Shown piece by piece: positions 38,804 through 50,053 of a stretch of 64,000 nt of DNA (its first letter is position 1; the number at the start of each line of letters is the position of its first letter). The stretch spans positions 192,001 to 256,000 of the forward strand of contig CBDBPB010000007.1 in the NCBI GenBank assembly GCA_965208615.1, in the 5' to 3' direction. A program made the position numbers and the translations under genes. Source of the stretch: Spirochaetota bacterium. Its GTDB lineage: Bacteria > Spirochaetota > UBA6919 > CBDBPB01. The notes beneath the pieces were generated by a model. It had not been told where the DNA came from. It did not search any database and worked only from the letters and a program-made list of their open reading frames with translations.

Positions 38804-41727
38804 GCGGATACGATTATAAAGAAATATTTGTTGAAGAAGCAAGAGAACAAATTGATGTATTAAACGATAGATTGCTTATTTTTGAGAAAGATCCTAATAA
38901 TATGCAGGTTATAAATGATATATTTAGGGTTGCTCATACATTAAAAAGTTCATTTGCATTTGTTGGCTTACAGGAGCTTAGTAGCTTTTGTCATAAGATA
39001 GAAACTTTATTGCAAAGGATTAAAGATAAGACAATTGTTTTATCTGATGATCTTATGGATATTATTTTTGCAAGTTTAGATAAAATTAAAGATAGCATTG
39101 AGTTATTTATAGATAAAGACGAAATAACAAAAGAATTTGCTAATTTGCCTGATAAAATCGATAAGTATATTCTTGGAGAAGTTACTCCTGCAAAAAAAGA
39201 CAGCTCTACTGAACAAGATAGTGACTTATTGGTGGAAGTACAAGACTCTAATATAATGCTAAATGAGGAAGAGTTAGAAAAGCTAAATGCCGCAGAAGAA
39301 AGAGAGAATAAATATTATTTAGTATACATAACTTTTGAAAGCAATATAAAAATGAAATGGGTAAGGGCAGAGTTGGTCTATGCCAATATGACAAGACTCG
39401 GTAATGTAATTATATCCTTTCCTCCTCACAGCCATTTTAGTGCGGATATGCCTGACAGAATAGGTGCAATTTTAGCTTGTCATGAAGATGTAAAAATAGA
39501 AAATATTAGGTCTAAGCTGGATGTCGATTTAGTTGCAGAAATAAATATTAACGAGTTAACATATGAAGAGGTTTTAAATTTTAAACAAGAACCTCATAGT
39601 ACTACCCCAGAGATTAAGACTATAGAGCCTGAGAAAGCTTATAAAACTGAAAAGCTTGATGAAGTCAAAAAAGTTGATAAAACCATACTCAAAGAAAAAG
39701 AAGAAGAAATAAAAGAAAAAATAGAAAAAATAAAAGAAAAAATAGAACCTGAAAATGAAAAAATAGAACCTGAAAATGAAAAAATAGACCTAGTTAAAGA
39801 TATCGACGGCAAGTCTGTTTTAACTAAGTCTGATACAGTTAGAGTTCCGATAAAGAGGTTAGATGAATTACTTAATTTGGTTGGAGAGCTCGCCATTACT
39901 AATTCTGGATTTATAGAGGTTTATGGACGGTTTAAGCAATTACTTGGTAATAAAGAGGTTATAAGCGAGTTTGAAGAGAAAATTGACTCTCTATCTAATA
40001 TAGCTAAAAATCTACAGGAAAGTATTATGCAGTCTAGGATGGTTCCTATTGGTACTGTTTTCTCACGATTTACACGGCTGGTTAGGGATTTATCAAAGAA
40101 TCTGGATAAAAAAGTAGTTTTTAGCTTTAAAGGTGAAGAAACTGAACTTGATAAAAAAATTATCGATGTAATTGGAGAGCCTTTAATACACTTAATTAGG
40201 AATGCACTTGATCATGGGCTTGAGTCTGTTGATGATAGAAAGACACTAGGAAAAAATGAAAGCGGAAAAATACTACTGGATGCCTATCAAAGGGGTAATC
40301 ATATTTTTGTAGAGGTATCTGATGATGGAAAAGGCCTAGACCGTAATAAAATCTTATCAAAGGCCATTGAGACAAATGCTATTACGGAAGAGGATGCTGA
40401 TGATATGCCTGAAAATGAAATTTATAATTTAATTTTCTTACATGGATTTAGTACAAAAAAGAATGTTACTTCTATTTCTGGTAGAGGCGTCGGAATGGAT
40501 GTCGTTTCTGATACTGTTGCTAAGCTAAATGGCTCTGTATCAGTTAAATCAGTCCATGGTGAAGGAAGTACATTTACTTTATCATTTCCCCTTACTCTTG
40601 CAATTGTGCCTGCTATTTTGGTTGAGTGCGGTGTAGAGACTTATGCTATACCTCTTTCTAATGTGGTTGAGACTATTAAGGTTACTCATGGTGATATAAA
40701 AAGTGTTGATTTTAATGATGTTATTCAGCTTAGAGAAAGTGTTATACCTTTACTACACCTCGATGAGGTCTTTGATATTAAGATAACTGGTAACGGTAAT
40801 GGACGTATTCCTATTGTGGTTAGTGATTTTAATGATAAAAACATTGGTATAGTTGTAGACAAGCTCTTGGGCAAAAGAGAGATTGTTATTAAGGCTCTTA
40901 GTCAGAATTATCAAGAGGTTAGGGGAATATCAGGGGCTACTATATTAGGAAATGGCAAGATTGCTTTAATATTGGATGTCCCAACATTGATTGAGCGAAG
41001 TAGAGGTATAAGTTATAGGAGAAGGCTTTCTAAGAAAAAACATAAAAAGAGAAATCTTCATACTACAACGGTTAGTGATATGCTTAAGGATTCTAATGAC
41101 ATAGGAGGTCTTCAGGAAATATTAGACAGCTTTGAGTTGGATATTGTTTCCTATGGGCTTGTTAATGAGATAATCAAGGTGGCTTTGGCTACTTCTTCAA
41201 ATAATCTAAATCGTTTCCTTAATAAGGATGTTTTATTGGCTGTTCCAGGAATTAATGTTAATACTTATGATATGGTAATAGGTGATCCAAAATTTACTGG
41301 TGCTGATAATATGTATTTTGCGTCCTGTATGCTGGAAGGAGATCTAGAGGGAAATGTAGTTATATCTTTGAATGACGAGTCTATGATAAAGCTCTTTAAG
41401 GATTTGGTTGGTGATGATGCTATGCTTTCTCCTGTGGGACAGTCTTGTATTATGGAGATTTGTAATTTACTAACTGCAGGTATTACAAATACCATAAGTA
41501 GGTCTTTAAAGATTAAAGCATTCCCTATGCCTCCTGTATTTTACTATGAGTCATACAGCACTTATTTTCATGACTTGATTGAGGAGCATTCAAAAGAAAA
41601 TAATTACATCTGGACAATAGATACCGATATAATTATTGACTCTATGATTATAGAGGGTAGAGTATTTTTCATACCTTATGACAGCTCATTTAGGGCTATA
41701 GGAAAGGCCGTTAGTGCTCTTAAATAA
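38800..41727 (+). CDS. cheA: Chemotaxis kinase CheA fused to a C-terminal CheC-like domain
   Basis: HPt FRVAHTLKS, LIHLIRNALDHG, SGRGVGMDVV, P5 GATILGNGKIALILD; extra ~200 aa with LEGDLEG and MEICNLL..PMPP. Confidence 0.93.
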   Translation: MSGYDYKEIFVEEAREQIDVLNDRLLIFEKDPNNMQVINDIFRVAHTLKSSFAFVGLQELSSFCHKIETLLQRIKDKTIVLSDDLMDIIFASLDKIKDSIELFIDKDEITKEFANLPDKIDKYILGEVTPAKKDSSTEQDSDLLVEVQDSNIMLNEEELEKLNAAEERENKYYLVYITFESNIKMKWVRAELVYANMTRLGNVIISFPPHSHFSADMPDRIGAILACHEDVKIENIRSKLDVDLVAEININELTYEEVLNFKQEPHSTTPEIKTIEPEKAYKTEKLDEVKKVDKTILKEKEEEIKEKIEKIKEKIEPENEKIEPENEKIDLVKDIDGKSVLTKSDTVRVPIKRLDELLNLVGELAITNSGFIEVYGRFKQLLGNKEVISEFEEKIDSLSNIAKNLQESIMQSRMVPIGTVFSRFTRLVRDLSKNLDKKVVFSFKGEETELDKKIIDVIGEPLIHLIRNALDHGLESVDDRKTLGKNESGKILLDAYQRGNHIFVEVSDDGKGLDRNKILSKAIETNAITEEDADDMPENEIYNLIFLHGFSTKKNVTSISGRGVGMDVVSDTVAKLNGSVSVKSVHGEGSTFTLSFPLTLAIVPAILVECGVETYAIPLSNVVETIKVTHGDIKSVDFNDVIQLRESVIPLLHLDEVFDIKITGNGNGRIPIVVSDFNDKNIGIVVDKLLGKREIVIKALSQNYQEVRGISGATILGNGKIALILDVPTLIERSRGISYRRRLSKKKHKKRNLHTTTVSDMLKDSNDIGGLQEILDSFELDIVSYGLVNEIIKVALATSSNNLNRFLNKDVLLAVPGINVNTYDMVIGDPKFTGADNMYFASCMLEGDLEGNVVISLNDESMIKLFKDLVGDDAMLSPVGQSCIMEICNLLTAGITNTISRSLKIKAFPMPPVFYYESYSTYFHDLIEEHSKENNYIWTIDTDIIIDSMIIEGRVFFIPYDSSFRAIGKAVSALK

Positions 41728-41742
41728 TTTACTTAGTTATTA

Positions 41743-42560
41743 TTAGTCAGAGTAGTGATTAGCAAAGGTTTTTGATTTTCCCCAATATCTTAAGTGCCAA
41801 GGCTCCCAGTCATATCCTTTTGTATTATTTTTAGGGTAGGATATATATATACCATATTTTTTAGCATTAAGTTTAATCCAGTTATGTGTTTTGGTGTTAT
41901 ATAGTTTTTTTGTTAGTCTATATCCCACTTCTGGTGAGGATATATCAGCAGTTGTACCCAGTTGATGTTCTGAGTGGCCTGGTTTTGCACTAGAGCTTTG
42001 CTTTGGATTTCTTTTAACTGCCCTTTTATATAGCCACTCTTGTAAACGTGATGATCTATAGCAGGATACAAGCTTAATTATAATACCTTTTTTACGGGCA
42101 TCATCAATCATAGCTTTAAAGGCATTATATGCTTTTTTACGTAGAAAGGCATTTTTTTTATAGACCATATATCTATTCGGAATGCGGATAAGGTCATTAG
42201 GTTTATATTTTAAGGGAATTGGATTATACTTGTTTATGTGAGCACTACCAATTACTATATTTCTATTTTGATAAATATAGTTATTAGATGGGATATTGCT
42301 AATATATTGAAGGGGTATATAGCGGACTTTCTTTTTATGGATTATTTTAGCAAAGTCGTATGATTTTTTAGTTTTAATAATTTTTATTACCCGTACTACT
42401 GTATTACGATATAAATAGCCATTATGCTTACTTTTGATAGATGGTATATTATAAAGTTTAACTTTATCAACGCATATTATTTTAAGTTTTTCATTAGCAT
42501 TAGCTATCTGGCTTAGCATTAGGATTGGGATAAGGTATAGGGTTAGTTTTTTTAAGATCA
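41743..42560 (-). CDS. VanY/M15B D-Ala-D-Ala carboxypeptidase with SH3-like N-terminus
   Basis: SCYRS, SAKPGHSEHQLGTTADI, WEPWHLRYWG; probable TTG start near 42560 gives a signal peptide (ORF track starts at 42615). Confidence 0.88.
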
Positions 42561-42562
42561 AA

Positions 42563-43705
42563 TCATTCTCCTTTTTCAGAAAAAACTTGTACTCCAAAAA
42601 ACTTAAGAGGACCAAATTTATTATATAATACGACTCCTGTTCCTAAATATTTAAGTTTTTTGTTTAGTATATTTCGTCTATGTATGGGGGAGTTCATCCA
42701 CCCATTTAGTGCGGACTTAGCAAATGAGATATATGTATGAGGGGGGATGTTTTTAAATGACCGTACTCTTGTACCGGCTATATATTGTTTACCAAATATC
42801 TGAGTGATATTCTCAGCCGATGAGCTATAATAAGATTTATGTCCAGATAGTCTAATTCTATCCCCTGGAGTTTTTCGACCTTTAACTGGACTATAATGGC
42901 TAAAGAATTTAAGTTTTTTCATATCGTCAGCATGCATCTGTGCGGCTTTTTTTAGATATAGTGAATACATAAAGGGTTTTCTCTTATTTTTAATTCTTCT
43001 AAGGTTAGTTTCGTAGAATATACTAGCTTGCATAAGCTTATAATTAATATTATCGAAGTTTATTTTTTTATTAGGAGGTTTATATTTATAGAACTTTTTA
43101 TAGCTATACTTTTCATACATACTGTCATTCCACACTGTATTAGTGGAATATTTATTTTTAGTTTTATAGGTTAGTTTTTTAACTAGGCTTGTAAAAGGAG
43201 TTTTTTCCCATTTATAGTATCCACTAATTTTGCCTATAATATTAAGTTCCTTATCAATTATGAAAGTTGTGGGTATACCGTTCATGTTAAAAGCTTTGCT
43301 ATATTTATTAGTTACTTTTTTATTATTATCGAGGAGTATGTTAAAATTAAGGTTATTAGATTTTGCAAACTTACTAACTATATTTTTGTTTTCTCCTACG
43401 TTGACTGATAATATTACAAAGTTTTCCTTTTCCATGGACTGATTTAGTTTTTTAATACTGGGCATACTTATTTTACATACAACGCACCAAGTTGCCCAAA
43501 AGTTAAGGAATATTACTTTATTTTTATAATCTGATAGGGATATTGTTTTATCGTTTATATCTTTAAGTTTAAAGTTTATAGCTTTTTTATTAATTATGTC
43601 TATTTTGATAGGCTTATTGGCCCTAACATCGTTTTTATATATTGATAAATAGACGGTTAAAGCAAAAAAGCAAAAGATTATTATATATTTAATTAGTTTT
43701 TTCAT
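42563..43705 (-). CDS. TlpA/ResA thioredoxin domain fused to a CAP (SCP) domain
   Basis: N-terminal TM, LNFWATWCVVC, GIPTTFIID; then AAQMHADDM..FFSH, AENI, WMNSPIHRRNIL; ATG at 43705 preferred. Confidence 0.85.
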   Translation of the reverse strand: MKKLIKYIIIFCFFALTVYLSIYKNDVRANKPIKIDIINKKAINFKLKDINDKTISLSDYKNKVIFLNFWATWCVVCKISMPSIKKLNQSMEKENFVILSVNVGENKNIVSKFAKSNNLNFNILLDNNKKVTNKYSKAFNMNGIPTTFIIDKELNIIGKISGYYKWEKTPFTSLVKKLTYKTKNKYSTNTVWNDSMYEKYSYKKFYKYKPPNKKINFDNINYKLMQASIFYETNLRRIKNKRKPFMYSLYLKKAAQMHADDMKKLKFFSHYSPVKGRKTPGDRIRLSGHKSYYSSSAENITQIFGKQYIAGTRVRSFKNIPPHTYISFAKSALNGWMNSPIHRRNILNKKLKYLGTGVVLYNKFGPLKFFGVQVFSEKGE

Positions 43706-44113
43706 TATGTTAAACTCCACAAGGTTAATATACTATTTTAGGTTTAAATAATCTATATAGACTTATTAACAGGCAAACCGATACTTATAAAAGATATTTG
43801 TTTTTTTTTATAGTTTAACCTAATTATTTTGTTATAGTTTAACAATTTAATATAATATAAACATAATGCTTTAAGATGTTAAAAAGAATTATTATTTAAA
43901 GTTGTTTTAAGGAAATGTTCTTAACTTATAGTTTAGTATAATTTTAGGCGGATTAGTTTATGGTTTTATATATTGATTATTGTTTAAATATAGTTATTCA
44001 TATATTGTTTATGTGGTTTAAAATAATTAGTTTTTATTTCCGATGATAATACACTAGTATTTTTATTTTATAGTGCATTTAATTATTGCTTTACTTAAGG
44101 ATAAGGGGGATAT

Positions 44114-44851
44114 ATGAAAAGGATTTTATTAATATGTTTTATTTTTGTGATAGCCACTTCGCTTTTTTCGTTGGACTACTACACCAACAGGGATAAAAAG
44201 GATAAGGCTAAGGTTAATATATATTCTCCCAAAAAAGAGAGTGCTAAAGATGGCTGGGAGTTTATTGGGGATAAGGATAATATAAATCCTTATAGAGCCT
44301 ATTGGAGGCTTAAGATTGATGCTAAGGAGCTTCCTTATAAATATATTGAAAAGGCTATTACTGATGATTTTACTATAAAAAATGCTGAGGTTAAGTTTAG
44401 TCTTAAGGATGAGGGGGATTATAATTTTGCTAGTGTTATATCTAAGGTTAGTGTTAGGGTTTTTCCAAGGCCTACTGGCGATTATTACGAATATAGTATT
44501 AGTGGTAGGCTTGTTGTAGAGGGTAAGGATTATGGTATAGTTAGTGGCAAGGCTAAGGGAAAGCGTATTAACAACAGGCTAAACTTTAGTATATTTAGTG
44601 AAGTTAAGAATAATGATATTAGGCTTGGCAGTTTTAGTGGCTCACTTACCCTTGGATTGGATAATGGCGATTTTAAGGATGGACTATTTACATTTTTTGC
44701 AAGGCTAAAGATAGATAAGCGTTGGACTTATGCTAGAATTAGAGGGCGGATAGCTGGTAATATTAATGATGCAAGGATTATTAAGTCTAGTATTATAGAC
44801 GTGGATGGAAGGCTTATTGGTGATATAGATGTTAAGTTTAAGCTTGACTAA
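44114..44851 (+). CDS. Hypothetical secreted beta-rich protein
   Basis: AAGGGGG RBS, signal peptide MKRILLICFIFVIATSLFS, alternating-strand pattern. Confidence 0.65.
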   Translation: MKRILLICFIFVIATSLFSLDYYTNRDKKDKAKVNIYSPKKESAKDGWEFIGDKDNINPYRAYWRLKIDAKELPYKYIEKAITDDFTIKNAEVKFSLKDEGDYNFASVISKVSVRVFPRPTGDYYEYSISGRLVVEGKDYGIVSGKAKGKRINNRLNFSIFSEVKNNDIRLGSFSGSLTLGLDNGDFKDGLFTFFARLKIDKRWTYARIRGRIAGNINDARIIKSSIIDVDGRLIGDIDVKFKLD

Positions 44852-44863
44852 CTTGAGTATTAT

Positions 44864-45619
44864 ATGTTAGTTAGAAAATTGACTATTGTAAGTAATATTT
44901 TGATTAAGGCTCGTTTTTATAAGTTAACATTGTTGTCTGATGCAGATTATTATCCAGGTCAGTTCATACATATAAGGGTTAGTGATAGTATTGATCCTTT
45001 TCTAAGGCGTCCTTTTAGTATATATAGGCTTAATAATGATCACATAGAGGTTTTGTATGAGGTTGTTGGAAAAGGAACTTTAGCATTATCCAAGAGAAAG
45101 GACGGCGAGCTATTGGATGTAGTTGGGCCTTTGGGTAATAGTTTTACTTATGATATAGGTAATTATTATCCCTTATTAGTTGGTGGGGGAATAGGGGTTG
45201 CACCTTTATTCTTTTTAGCAGAGACTTTAGTTAACAAGGGTCATAATCCTAAGGTGATACTTGGTTATCGGAGTTATGATGAAATTATAGCCCTGGATGA
45301 TTTTATTAGTATAGGTTTAGATCCAGTGGTGGTTACTGATGACGGGTCTTACGGCTGTAAGGGCTTTGTAAGCGATTTTATAGAGGATTATCTAAATAAT
45401 AGCACTATGATATTTACTTGTGGACCTTTGCCTATGTTGAGTGTGGTATCTAAGATTGCTTATGATAGTGCCATTGCTTGTGAGCTATCCCTGCATAGCT
45501 TTATGGGATGTGGTTTTGGGGTTTGTTTGGGATGTGTTATAGAGTCGCCTGATGGCTATAAGCGTATATGTAAGGATGGCCCTATATTCACTTCCGATCA
45601 GGTAGTTATTGGGGTATAG
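44864..45619 (+). CDS. pyrK: Dihydroorotate dehydrogenase electron transfer subunit
   Basis: PGQF, LRRPFS, GPLGN, GGGIGVAP, CGP, MGCGFGVCLGC, CKDGPIF. Confidence 0.9.
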   Translation: MLVRKLTIVSNILIKARFYKLTLLSDADYYPGQFIHIRVSDSIDPFLRRPFSIYRLNNDHIEVLYEVVGKGTLALSKRKDGELLDVVGPLGNSFTYDIGNYYPLLVGGGIGVAPLFFLAETLVNKGHNPKVILGYRSYDEIIALDDFISIGLDPVVVTDDGSYGCKGFVSDFIEDYLNNSTMIFTCGPLPMLSVVSKIAYDSAIACELSLHSFMGCGFGVCLGCVIESPDGYKRICKDGPIFTSDQVVIGV

Positions 45620-46711
45620 ATGCGTCCTACCTTGTTAGAAGTTAATATTACTGCTCTTAAAAAGAACTTAAATCTTGTTAGGACAATCACTAATAACAAA
45701 GAGATAATAGCTGTAATCAAGGCTAATGCTTATGGACTGGGTAGTGTGGCTGTAGCTAAGGCGTTATTAGAGAGTGGGCTGTCCACATTTGCGGTAGCTA
45801 TTTTGGATGAGGCTGTCATATTACGAGAGGGTGGGATAAGTAATAATATAATTCAGCTTTGTCCTTTTAGCGAATGTGAGATACCTGATATTATTAACTA
45901 CTCGGTTACCAGTACCATAGTGGATTATAAAAGGGCTAAGGCATTAAATGACTATGCACATAGCCGTAATATAGTGTTAGCTGTTCATATAAAGGTTGAC
46001 TCTGGTATGGGTCGTCTTGGTGTTAGGGCTGATGGGGCTTTTGAGCTTATTAAAAGGGTATATAATTTAACTAATCTTAGGGTTGAAGGTATATTCACTC
46101 ACTTTTCTAGTGCGGATATACCCGATATAGATTATACTAACTATCAGATTAAGGTTTTTTCTAATCTGGTTAATCGTTGTAGGGATATAGATTTTAGGGT
46201 TATTTATCATTTAGCTAATTCTGGTGCTATTATATTTTTCTCAAATAGTTATTTTGATGCGGTTAGACCCGGACTTATGCTTTATGGATGTTATCCTTCT
46301 TTAAAAAGCGAGTCTAGCATTAGTTTAAATAAGGTTCTAACTCTTAAAACTAAGATAGTATCGGTAAAGGAGCTTTTGGCTGGAGAGAGTGTTAGTTACG
46401 GACGTACTTTTAGGGCAAAGTCTAAAATGACTTATGGTGTTTTACCTATTGGCTATGCTGATGGATACTCTACTTTGCTGTCTAACAAGGGCAGGGCTAT
46501 GGTTAACGGTGTTTATGTACCTGTGATAGGCAGGGTTTGTATGGATTATACTATGGTTGATCTTAGAAAAGTTAATGCTAAAGAGGGGGATGAGGCTATT
46601 TTAATTGGCGATGGTATAACCGAAGAGGAGATTGCACATAAAACCGGGCTAATACCTTATGAGGTTATAACTGGCATTACTGAGCGTGTTCCGAGGGTAT
46701 ACAGGTCATAA
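45620..46711 (+). CDS. alr: Alanine racemase
   Basis: AVIKANAYGLG, KVDSGMGRLG, RPGLMLYG, GRVCMD. Confidence 0.97.
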   Translation: MRPTLLEVNITALKKNLNLVRTITNNKEIIAVIKANAYGLGSVAVAKALLESGLSTFAVAILDEAVILREGGISNNIIQLCPFSECEIPDIINYSVTSTIVDYKRAKALNDYAHSRNIVLAVHIKVDSGMGRLGVRADGAFELIKRVYNLTNLRVEGIFTHFSSADIPDIDYTNYQIKVFSNLVNRCRDIDFRVIYHLANSGAIIFFSNSYFDAVRPGLMLYGCYPSLKSESSISLNKVLTLKTKIVSVKELLAGESVSYGRTFRAKSKMTYGVLPIGYADGYSTLLSNKGRAMVNGVYVPVIGRVCMDYTMVDLRKVNAKEGDEAILIGDGITEEEIAHKTGLIPYEVITGITERVPRVYRS

Positions 46712-46813
46712 TTCTTATAGTATTTTTCTTTATTATAAAAAGAGTTTTCATATTGTTATAAAATCGTTATCTTTTGGTAGATATTTTGTTATAATGTTGA
46801 CGAGGAGCTTATA

Positions 46814-48484
46814 ATGAGGAGTGATTCTATAAAGGCTGGTTTTGAGAGGGCACCTCACCGTAGTTTACTAAAGGCATGCGGTCTAAAGGACGAGGACTTT
46901 AAAAAGCCTTTCATAGCTATTGCCAACTCTTATATAGATATAATACCCGGCCATGTTCACTTACAGGAGTTTGGACGTATAGTTAAGGATGCGGTTAGGG
47001 AGGCTGGAGCAGTACCTTTTGAGTTCAACACAATTGGTGTGGATGATGGTATAGCAATGGGACATTCTGGCATGCACTATTCCCTTCCCAGCAGGGAGCT
47101 TATTGCTGATTGTGTGGAAACCGTTATTCAGGCACATTGTTTTGACGGACTTATATGCATACCCAATTGTGATAAGATAGTACCTGGTATGTTGATGGCC
47201 GCTATGAGGGTAAATATACCTAGTATATTTGTTAGTGGTGGGCCTATGAGGGCGGGTAGGACTAAGGATGGCAGTGTAGTCGATTTAGCCAGTGTATTTG
47301 AGGCTGTTGGTCAATATAGCTCTGGTAAGATAAATGAACAGAGGCTTAAGGATTTGGAGGATAATGCTTGTCCTGGATGTGGTAGTTGTTCTGGGATGTT
47401 TACTGCTAATTCTATGAATTGTTTGTGTGAGGCTCTTGGTATGGCTTTACCGGGTAATGGTACATATTTGGCTGACTCTGATAAAAGGCGTTTACTTTTA
47501 AAAAAGGCCGCTAATACCATTGTGGAACTTGTAAAGAAGGACATAAAGCCAAAAGACATTGTAACCAAAGATTCTATTGATAACGCTTTTATACTTGATA
47601 TGGCAATGGGAGGCTCTACTAATACGGTATTGCATACTATAGCCATTGCAAAAGAGGCTGGTATAGACTATCCTATTTCAAGGCTTAATGAATTATCGTC
47701 TAGGGTACCTCATATATGTAAGGTCTCACCGGCGTCTGACATACACATTGAGGATGTGGATAGAGCTGGAGGTATTTCAGCTATACTGAATGAGATTAAT
47801 AGGGTTGGTGCTTTAAGGGATAGTACACTGACAGTTAGTTTAAAGACTCTTGCTGAGAATATTGAGGGTGCTAAAATACTTGATAACTCTGTGATACGTA
47901 CTATTGATGATCCATATAGTGAGAAGGGGGGGTTACAGGTATTATTTGGCAATTTAGCCAGTGAGGGTGCTATAATAAAGTCTGGAGCCGTTAATTCTAA
48001 TATGCGTATTCATAGTGGCCCTGCTATTGTGTTTGAGTCTCAGGAAGAGGCTGTTAGGGGTATTTTGGATGGAAAGGTAAAAGCTGGAAATGTTGTTGTA
48101 ATAAGGTATGAGGGGCCTAAAGGCGGTCCTGGTATGGTAGAGATGCTTGCTCCTACTGCTAATATTATGGGTATGGGTCTTGGTGACTCGGTTACACTAA
48201 TAACTGATGGACGCTTTTCAGGTGCAACTAGAGGAGCTTGTGTTGGTCATATATCCCCAGAGGCTGCTGAGGGGGGTAATATTGCATTAGTTAAAAATGG
48301 TGATGTTATTGCTATTGATCTTAGTAAAAACCTTATTGAGATAAAGATATCGGATGATGAGCTTAATTTAAGAAGGGCAAATTGGCAGCCTAAAAAACGT
48401 GATAATTTATCTAGTTATCTTAAGAGGTACGCCAGTATGGTTACCAGTGGGAGTAAAGGTGCTATATTGGAGATACCGAGTTAG
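46814..48484 (+). CDS. ilvD: Dihydroxy-acid dehydratase
   Basis: [40 protein letters not shown]. Confidence 0.98.
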   Translation: MRSDSIKAGFERAPHRSLLKACGLKDEDFKKPFIAIANSYIDIIPGHVHLQEFGRIVKDAVREAGAVPFEFNTIGVDDGIAMGHSGMHYSLPSRELIADCVETVIQAHCFDGLICIPNCDKIVPGMLMAAMRVNIPSIFVSGGPMRAGRTKDGSVVDLASVFEAVGQYSSGKINEQRLKDLEDNACPGCGSCSGMFTANSMNCLCEALGMALPGNGTYLADSDKRRLLLKKAANTIVELVKKDIKPKDIVTKDSIDNAFILDMAMGGSTNTVLHTIAIAKEAGIDYPISRLNELSSRVPHICKVSPASDIHIEDVDRAGGISAILNEINRVGALRDSTLTVSLKTLAENIEGAKILDNSVIRTIDDPYSEKGGLQVLFGNLASEGAIIKSGAVNSNMRIHSGPAIVFESQEEAVRGILDGKVKAGNVVVIRYEGPKGGPGMVEMLAPTANIMGMGLGDSVTLITDGRFSGATRGACVGHISPEAAEGGNIALVKNGDVIAIDLSKNLIEIKISDDELNLRRANWQPKKRDNLSSYLKRYASMVTSGSKGAILEIPS

Positions 48485-48520
48485 AGTTTGTTATATTAAA
48501 TAACTTTAAGGAGTTTGTTT

Positions 48521-48955
48521 ATGCAAGAAGTTAGTAATGGTGATACTGTTCAGGTACACTACACAGGCAAGTTGGATGATGGTAAGGTATTTGATTCATC
48601 GGCTGATAGAGACCCACTGGAGTTTAAGGTTGGGGATCATCAGGTTATAAAGGGTTTTGAAGAGGGCGTTATTGGCATGAAGGCTGGGGATAAAAAAGAG
48701 ATTACTATTCCTCCTGATAAGGGCTATGGTAATAGAACTGATGATAATATACACGAGATCAGCTCTCAGAACATATCATCACCTAAGGATTCTGAATTTA
48801 AGGTTGGTATGCCTATAAGCCTAAAAAACGAAAAAGGTGAGGAGTTTTATGGTATAGTCCAAGAGGTTAAGGATAAGGCTATAGTTATTGATTTTAATCA
48901 CTTTTTAGCTGGTAAGAATTTAACTTTTGATGTTGAGTTAATGGCTATAAAATAG
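48521..48955 (+). CDS. FKBP-type peptidyl-prolyl isomerase (SlyD/SlpA-like)
   Basis: VHYTGKLDDGKVFDSS, IDFNHFLAGKNLTFDVE; AAGGAG upstream of ATG 48521. Confidence 0.93.
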   Translation: MQEVSNGDTVQVHYTGKLDDGKVFDSSADRDPLEFKVGDHQVIKGFEEGVIGMKAGDKKEITIPPDKGYGNRTDDNIHEISSQNISSPKDSEFKVGMPISLKNEKGEEFYGIVQEVKDKAIVIDFNHFLAGKNLTFDVELMAIK

Positions 48956-48985
48956 GTTTATTTTGGATTATTTATTTTAGGGCTG

Positions 48986-50014
48986 TCATTGAGTTTGCTT
49001 ATATTTAATTTCTTTTAGAGCGTTTATTAGAAGGCTTATGGAGAGTTCATCCTTAACAGCTAACCTTATCCACTTTGAGTTTAGGGGGTAAAAGTTATCA
49101 CAAACCCTTATAAGTATTTTATATGGGGTTAATAGCTTTTGGAGTTTGTATCCGTCTATATTTTTCAATTTGACTAGGATAAAGTTAGCACAGGAGTTAA
49201 AGATTTTATCAAAGAGGTCTATTTTTATTAATTTTTGTTTTAGGATATGTTTATTTAATTTAGTTAGTTTTTTTGTTTGGTTTAAAAAGTCTTTATTTTT
49301 GATAGCTTGGTTTAGGTAGTGCATATCTAGTGAGGATAACTTCCACGGTGGTTCTGTTTTTCGTATTTCTTTTATGTTATTTTTGCTTGATATAACACAT
49401 CCTATTCTTAGCCCAGCACAGGCAAATATCTTACTAAAAGATTTTAATATAAACATATTATCATTTACTAAGGGTAGAGCGGACTCATAATCGGTAAAGT
49501 CTAAGAAGGACTCATCCAGTAATATATTGGCATTTTTTGTTTTCCATTCTGATAAAAATGTTTTTATATTGTATAGTTGTCCATCTGGTGTGGATGGGTT
49601 AACAAAGACCACAAGAGAGTTTTTAGTTATATTTTTGTTTATGTTATCCAGGCGATTAATTTTGTTTATTTTGCAGTTTAGGTTATTGGCTATTTTCATA
49701 TATTCCGTATAGATGGGTAGATATAGGCTAACGTTTTTGGGGTTTATGTATTTAAATATAGAATATATACCAGAGCTTGCCCCGTTATAGAACTCTATAT
49801 CGCAATGACTGGGCAGATTAAAGAACTTGGATACATTAATTTTTAGTTCTTTATAGTTTGGCTCTGCATAGGCTGATAGGTTAAGGTTTTTCATATTCAT
49901 ATTGACGTTTGGGCTTATAAAGTTAACGTTGGACGAAAAGTCTATAATATCTTTTATGGGTGAGTTTATCTTATTGGCAAATGAGTATATATTTCCACCG
50001 TGATCGTAGTTCAA
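48986..50014 (-). CDS. cobD: Threonine-phosphate decarboxylase (CobD/HisC-like PLP enzyme)
   Basis: HGGN, DFSSNVN, NPSTPDG, DESFLDF, KSFSKIFACAGLRIG; cobalamin cluster context. Confidence 0.8.
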   Translation of the reverse strand: MNYDHGGNIYSFANKINSPIKDIIDFSSNVNFISPNVNMNMKNLNLSAYAEPNYKELKINVSKFFNLPSHCDIEFYNGASSGIYSIFKYINPKNVSLYLPIYTEYMKIANNLNCKINKINRLDNINKNITKNSLVVFVNPSTPDGQLYNIKTFLSEWKTKNANILLDESFLDFTDYESALPLVNDNMFILKSFSKIFACAGLRIGCVISSKNNIKEIRKTEPPWKLSSLDMHYLNQAIKNKDFLNQTKKLTKLNKHILKQKLIKIDLFDKIFNSCANFILVKLKNIDGYKLQKLLTPYKILIRVCDNFYPLNSKWIRLAVKDELSISLLINALKEIKYKQTQ

Positions 50015-50053
50015 GACAATATCCTTAACATAAAATAATATTTAGGGGATTCT

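Noticed and set aside
41743-42560. Vancomycin resistance locus
   Set aside because: A lone M15B carboxypeptidase without vanHAX/vanRS; ordinary cell-wall enzyme
43771-43800. c-di-GMP-I riboswitch suggested by GGCAAACC
   Set aside because: The GNRA hairpin and second stem with tetraloop receptor are absent
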